The notes beneath the pieces are model-generated. The model had not been told where the DNA came from and did no database searches. It saw only the letters and a program-made list of their open reading frames with translations. A program made the position numbers and the translations under genes. Of a DNA stretch of 44,316 bases, positions 42,321 through 44,316 are shown one piece after another. Source of the stretch: a virus; the IMG/VR virus record IMGVR_UViG_3300027822_000004. One strand, 5' to 3'. Position 1 is the first letter of the stretch; every line of letters starts with the position of its first letter.

Positions 42321-42520
42321 TGAGTTTATTTAAAGAGTTTGAGAATAATTTAAAAAAGAATGGTCTTTATTTTCATCATGAAGAAAGTCCATATTATAGA
42401 GTAAATGATAAAAAAGCATATAAAATATTATGTGAAACAATTGAAGAAGAATTAACTCAAATGAAAAATATTTGTGATGGAAAATGTATTGATTGTGATA
42501 GATGTGATGGTGATATATAA
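42320..42520 (+). CDS. Hypothetical Cys-containing protein
   Basis: 66 aa with a C-terminal CDGKCIDCDRCDG pattern. Confidence 0.45.
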   Translation: MSLFKEFENNLKKNGLYFHHEESPYYRVNDKKAYKILCETIEEELTQMKNICDGKCIDCDRCDGDI

Positions 42521-44080
42521 ATGACGATTAAACCCCGCAAATATCAAGAACAAGCAATCTATTCTATTTTTGACTACTTCTATCAAGGTAAAGAAGGAAA
42601 TCCGCTTGTAGTTGCTCCTACTGGATCAGGTAAATCTATTATGATATCTTATTTTTGTGAACAGGTTAATAAACGTTGGCCGGGTCAAAAAATCTTAATT
42701 ATATCTCATGTAAAAGAAATACTTCAACAAGATTATAATACTATTAAAGACCACACAAATTTACCTATTGGCCTATATTCTTCAGGTCTAAATTCAAAGA
42801 CAATAAAAAATATTACTGTTGCCGGTATTCAATCTATATATAATAAACCTGAATTATTTGATCAATTTAATATTATAATAATAGATGAGGCACATACAAT
42901 ACCAATAAATAAAAATAGTATGTACAGAAAATTTTTTGCACAGGTTACAGTCCCAATAATTGGTTTTACTGCTTCTCCTTATAGACTTGGAACAGGTTAT
43001 TTACATATAGGAAAAGATGCTTTCTTTGATGATATAATTTATAATATCCCTATCAAATTACTTCAGGATAAAGGTTATCTTTGTAAACTTACAACAAAAG
43101 GAACAAAGAAAAAATTAGATACTATAAAAATTAAAAAAACTTCTTCTACTTGTGATTATATTATTACAGAATTATCAAAAGCATTTGATCGAAAAAGAAT
43201 AACAAAAGAAATTGTTCAGGAATTACTTATCTATAAAGATTTAAGAAAAAAATGGTTGCTGTTTGCAATCGATATAAAACATGCGGAGCATGTTACAAGA
43301 GAGTTGAACAAAAATAATATCTCTACTGGCTGTGTTCATTCAAAGAAAAAGAATAGAGATAAAGTAATTCAAAGGTTTAAGAATAATGAGTATCAAGCTC
43401 TTGTATCAGTCGCGGTTTTAACTACTGGCTTTGATGCCCCGGATGTTGATCTTATTGGATTAATCCGACCTACTGCAAGTCCTGTATTGCATGTTCAGAT
43501 CATTGGCCGTGGTTTGAGACCGTCACCAGAGACAGGAAAAGAAAACTGTCTGATTCTGGACTTTGCCGGAAATCTATTGAGAAACGGTCCTATCGATGCT
43601 CCTATTATTAAGATACAAGGCAATGGGTCAGGTGAACCAATCATGAAAGAATGTGATCATTGCTATGAAATCGTTCATGCTGCCATAAAAGAGTGTCCAG
43701 TGTGCAAAACCCCTTTTAAATTCAAGCACAAGCTGATTTCAAACCCTTCAGAACGTGAAATATTGGCTATTCAAGATTGGCATGATATTGATGATATCAA
43801 ATACTTCCGGTATGTAGGATCACGAAAGATCCCGATGTTAAAAGTTTCATACTTCTGTGGGCTTCGCAGGTTTAATGAATATGTGTGTGTTGAGCATGGA
43901 GGGTATGCTAAACACCAAGCTCATTTTTGGTTAGGAAATAGATTGAACTATAAAATGGATACATTTTTAACGGCTCAACAAGCCCTTGAAATATCAGACA
44001 AATTGAAAAAACCTGTAAAAATATTGGTAAAGGAAAAAGGCAAGTATCCTGAAATCATGGATTATCAATGGAGGGAATAA
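42521..44080 (+). CDS. SF2 DEAH-box DNA helicase with C-terminal zinc finger
   Basis: Walker A is APTGSGKS. IIIDEAH (DEAH) box, FTASP motif III and motif VI QIIGRGLR are present. The zinc finger reads CDHC ... CPVC. Confidence 0.85.
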   Translation: MTIKPRKYQEQAIYSIFDYFYQGKEGNPLVVAPTGSGKSIMISYFCEQVNKRWPGQKILIISHVKEILQQDYNTIKDHTNLPIGLYSSGLNSKTIKNITVAGIQSIYNKPELFDQFNIIIIDEAHTIPINKNSMYRKFFAQVTVPIIGFTASPYRLGTGYLHIGKDAFFDDIIYNIPIKLLQDKGYLCKLTTKGTKKKLDTIKIKKTSSTCDYIITELSKAFDRKRITKEIVQELLIYKDLRKKWLLFAIDIKHAEHVTRELNKNNISTGCVHSKKKNRDKVIQRFKNNEYQALVSVAVLTTGFDAPDVDLIGLIRPTASPVLHVQIIGRGLRPSPETGKENCLILDFAGNLLRNGPIDAPIIKIQGNGSGEPIMKECDHCYEIVHAAIKECPVCKTPFKFKHKLISNPSEREILAIQDWHDIDDIKYFRYVGSRKIPMLKVSYFCGLRRFNEYVCVEHGGYAKHQAHFWLGNRLNYKMDTFLTAQQALEISDKLKKPVKILVKEKGKYPEIMDYQWRE

Positions 44081-44250
44081 TGAAAGAAAAATGTGAAATT
44101 TGTACCCATAAATATATATCAGAAATAGTGAATGGGCTTGTAGCCATTGATACAAAAAATTGGAATGGTAAAGAAAGAAGACAAAAAGAAAGGAGAAAAA
44201 AGATATATGAAACTAAAAATAATCCATCAATGGAGAGTAAGAAAACTTAA
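44080..44250 (+). CDS. Small Cys-containing basic protein
   Basis: The track start is 44068. The ATG at 44080 overlaps the helicase stop (TAATG). CEIC motif present. The ORF runs into the terminal repeat. Confidence 0.4.
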   Translation: MKEKCEICTHKYISEIVNGLVAIDTKNWNGKERRQKERRKKIYETKNNPSMESKKT

Positions 44251-44316
44251 TTTCTTTTATAATAATAAAATTGTCAATACTGCTTTCAGAGTAGAAAAAA
44301 GAATGATCATTTTAAA
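44190..44316. repeat. Terminal direct repeat, right copy (identical to 1-127)
   Basis: See the left copy at 1-127. Confidence 0.9.

Overview
The window is one complete, circularly closed genome of a low-GC tailed phage with a contractile tail. It has about 44,189 unique bp, and bases 1-127 are identical to 44190-44316. Two transcription arms diverge from a promoter hub at 37.09-37.19 kb. The plus arm (37223 through the end, wrapping to 5426) carries early genes and the replication and recombination genes: a tRNA-like RNA, Sak4-like ATPase, SSB-like protein, Cas4-like nuclease, SF2 helicase, DPPY methyltransferase, DnaQ-like exonuclease, M15 peptidase, DnaE-type polymerase and VRR-NUC nuclease. 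The minus arm starts with an AEP-primase/SF3-helicase fusion (34319-37057). It continues through a higher-GC island of about fifteen small, mostly Cys-rich ORFs (30.7-34.1 kb) that includes a Lar-like anti-restriction protein and a short C5-methyltransferase-like protein. A 470-bp gene-free regulatory region follows. After it comes one long late operon: TerS, membrane/holin-like genes, TerL, a 4-gene insertion, portal, head genes, neck, sheath, tube, chaperone, tape measure, baseplate and tail fiber, ending at 5423. No integrase, repressor-like lysogeny module, CRISPR array, rRNA or canonical tRNA was seen. Strong Shine-Dalgarno sites and near-consensus sigma70-type promoters point to a bacterial host that uses SD sites. 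The most unusual signals are listed here:
- an ATCCCTAA/ACCCTAA box at a fixed position in early promoters, also arrayed as a palindromic repeat cluster at 30.44-30.67 kb;
- an atypical ~110-nt tRNA-like element with an 8-bp acceptor stem and a pseudoknot-capable insert;
- the GC-rich cassette array of zinc-ribbon mini-genes, joined by repeated junction sequences;
- a LamG-like gene plus tandem paralogs inserted between terminase and portal.
All functional calls come from motif recognition by eye, with no database search.
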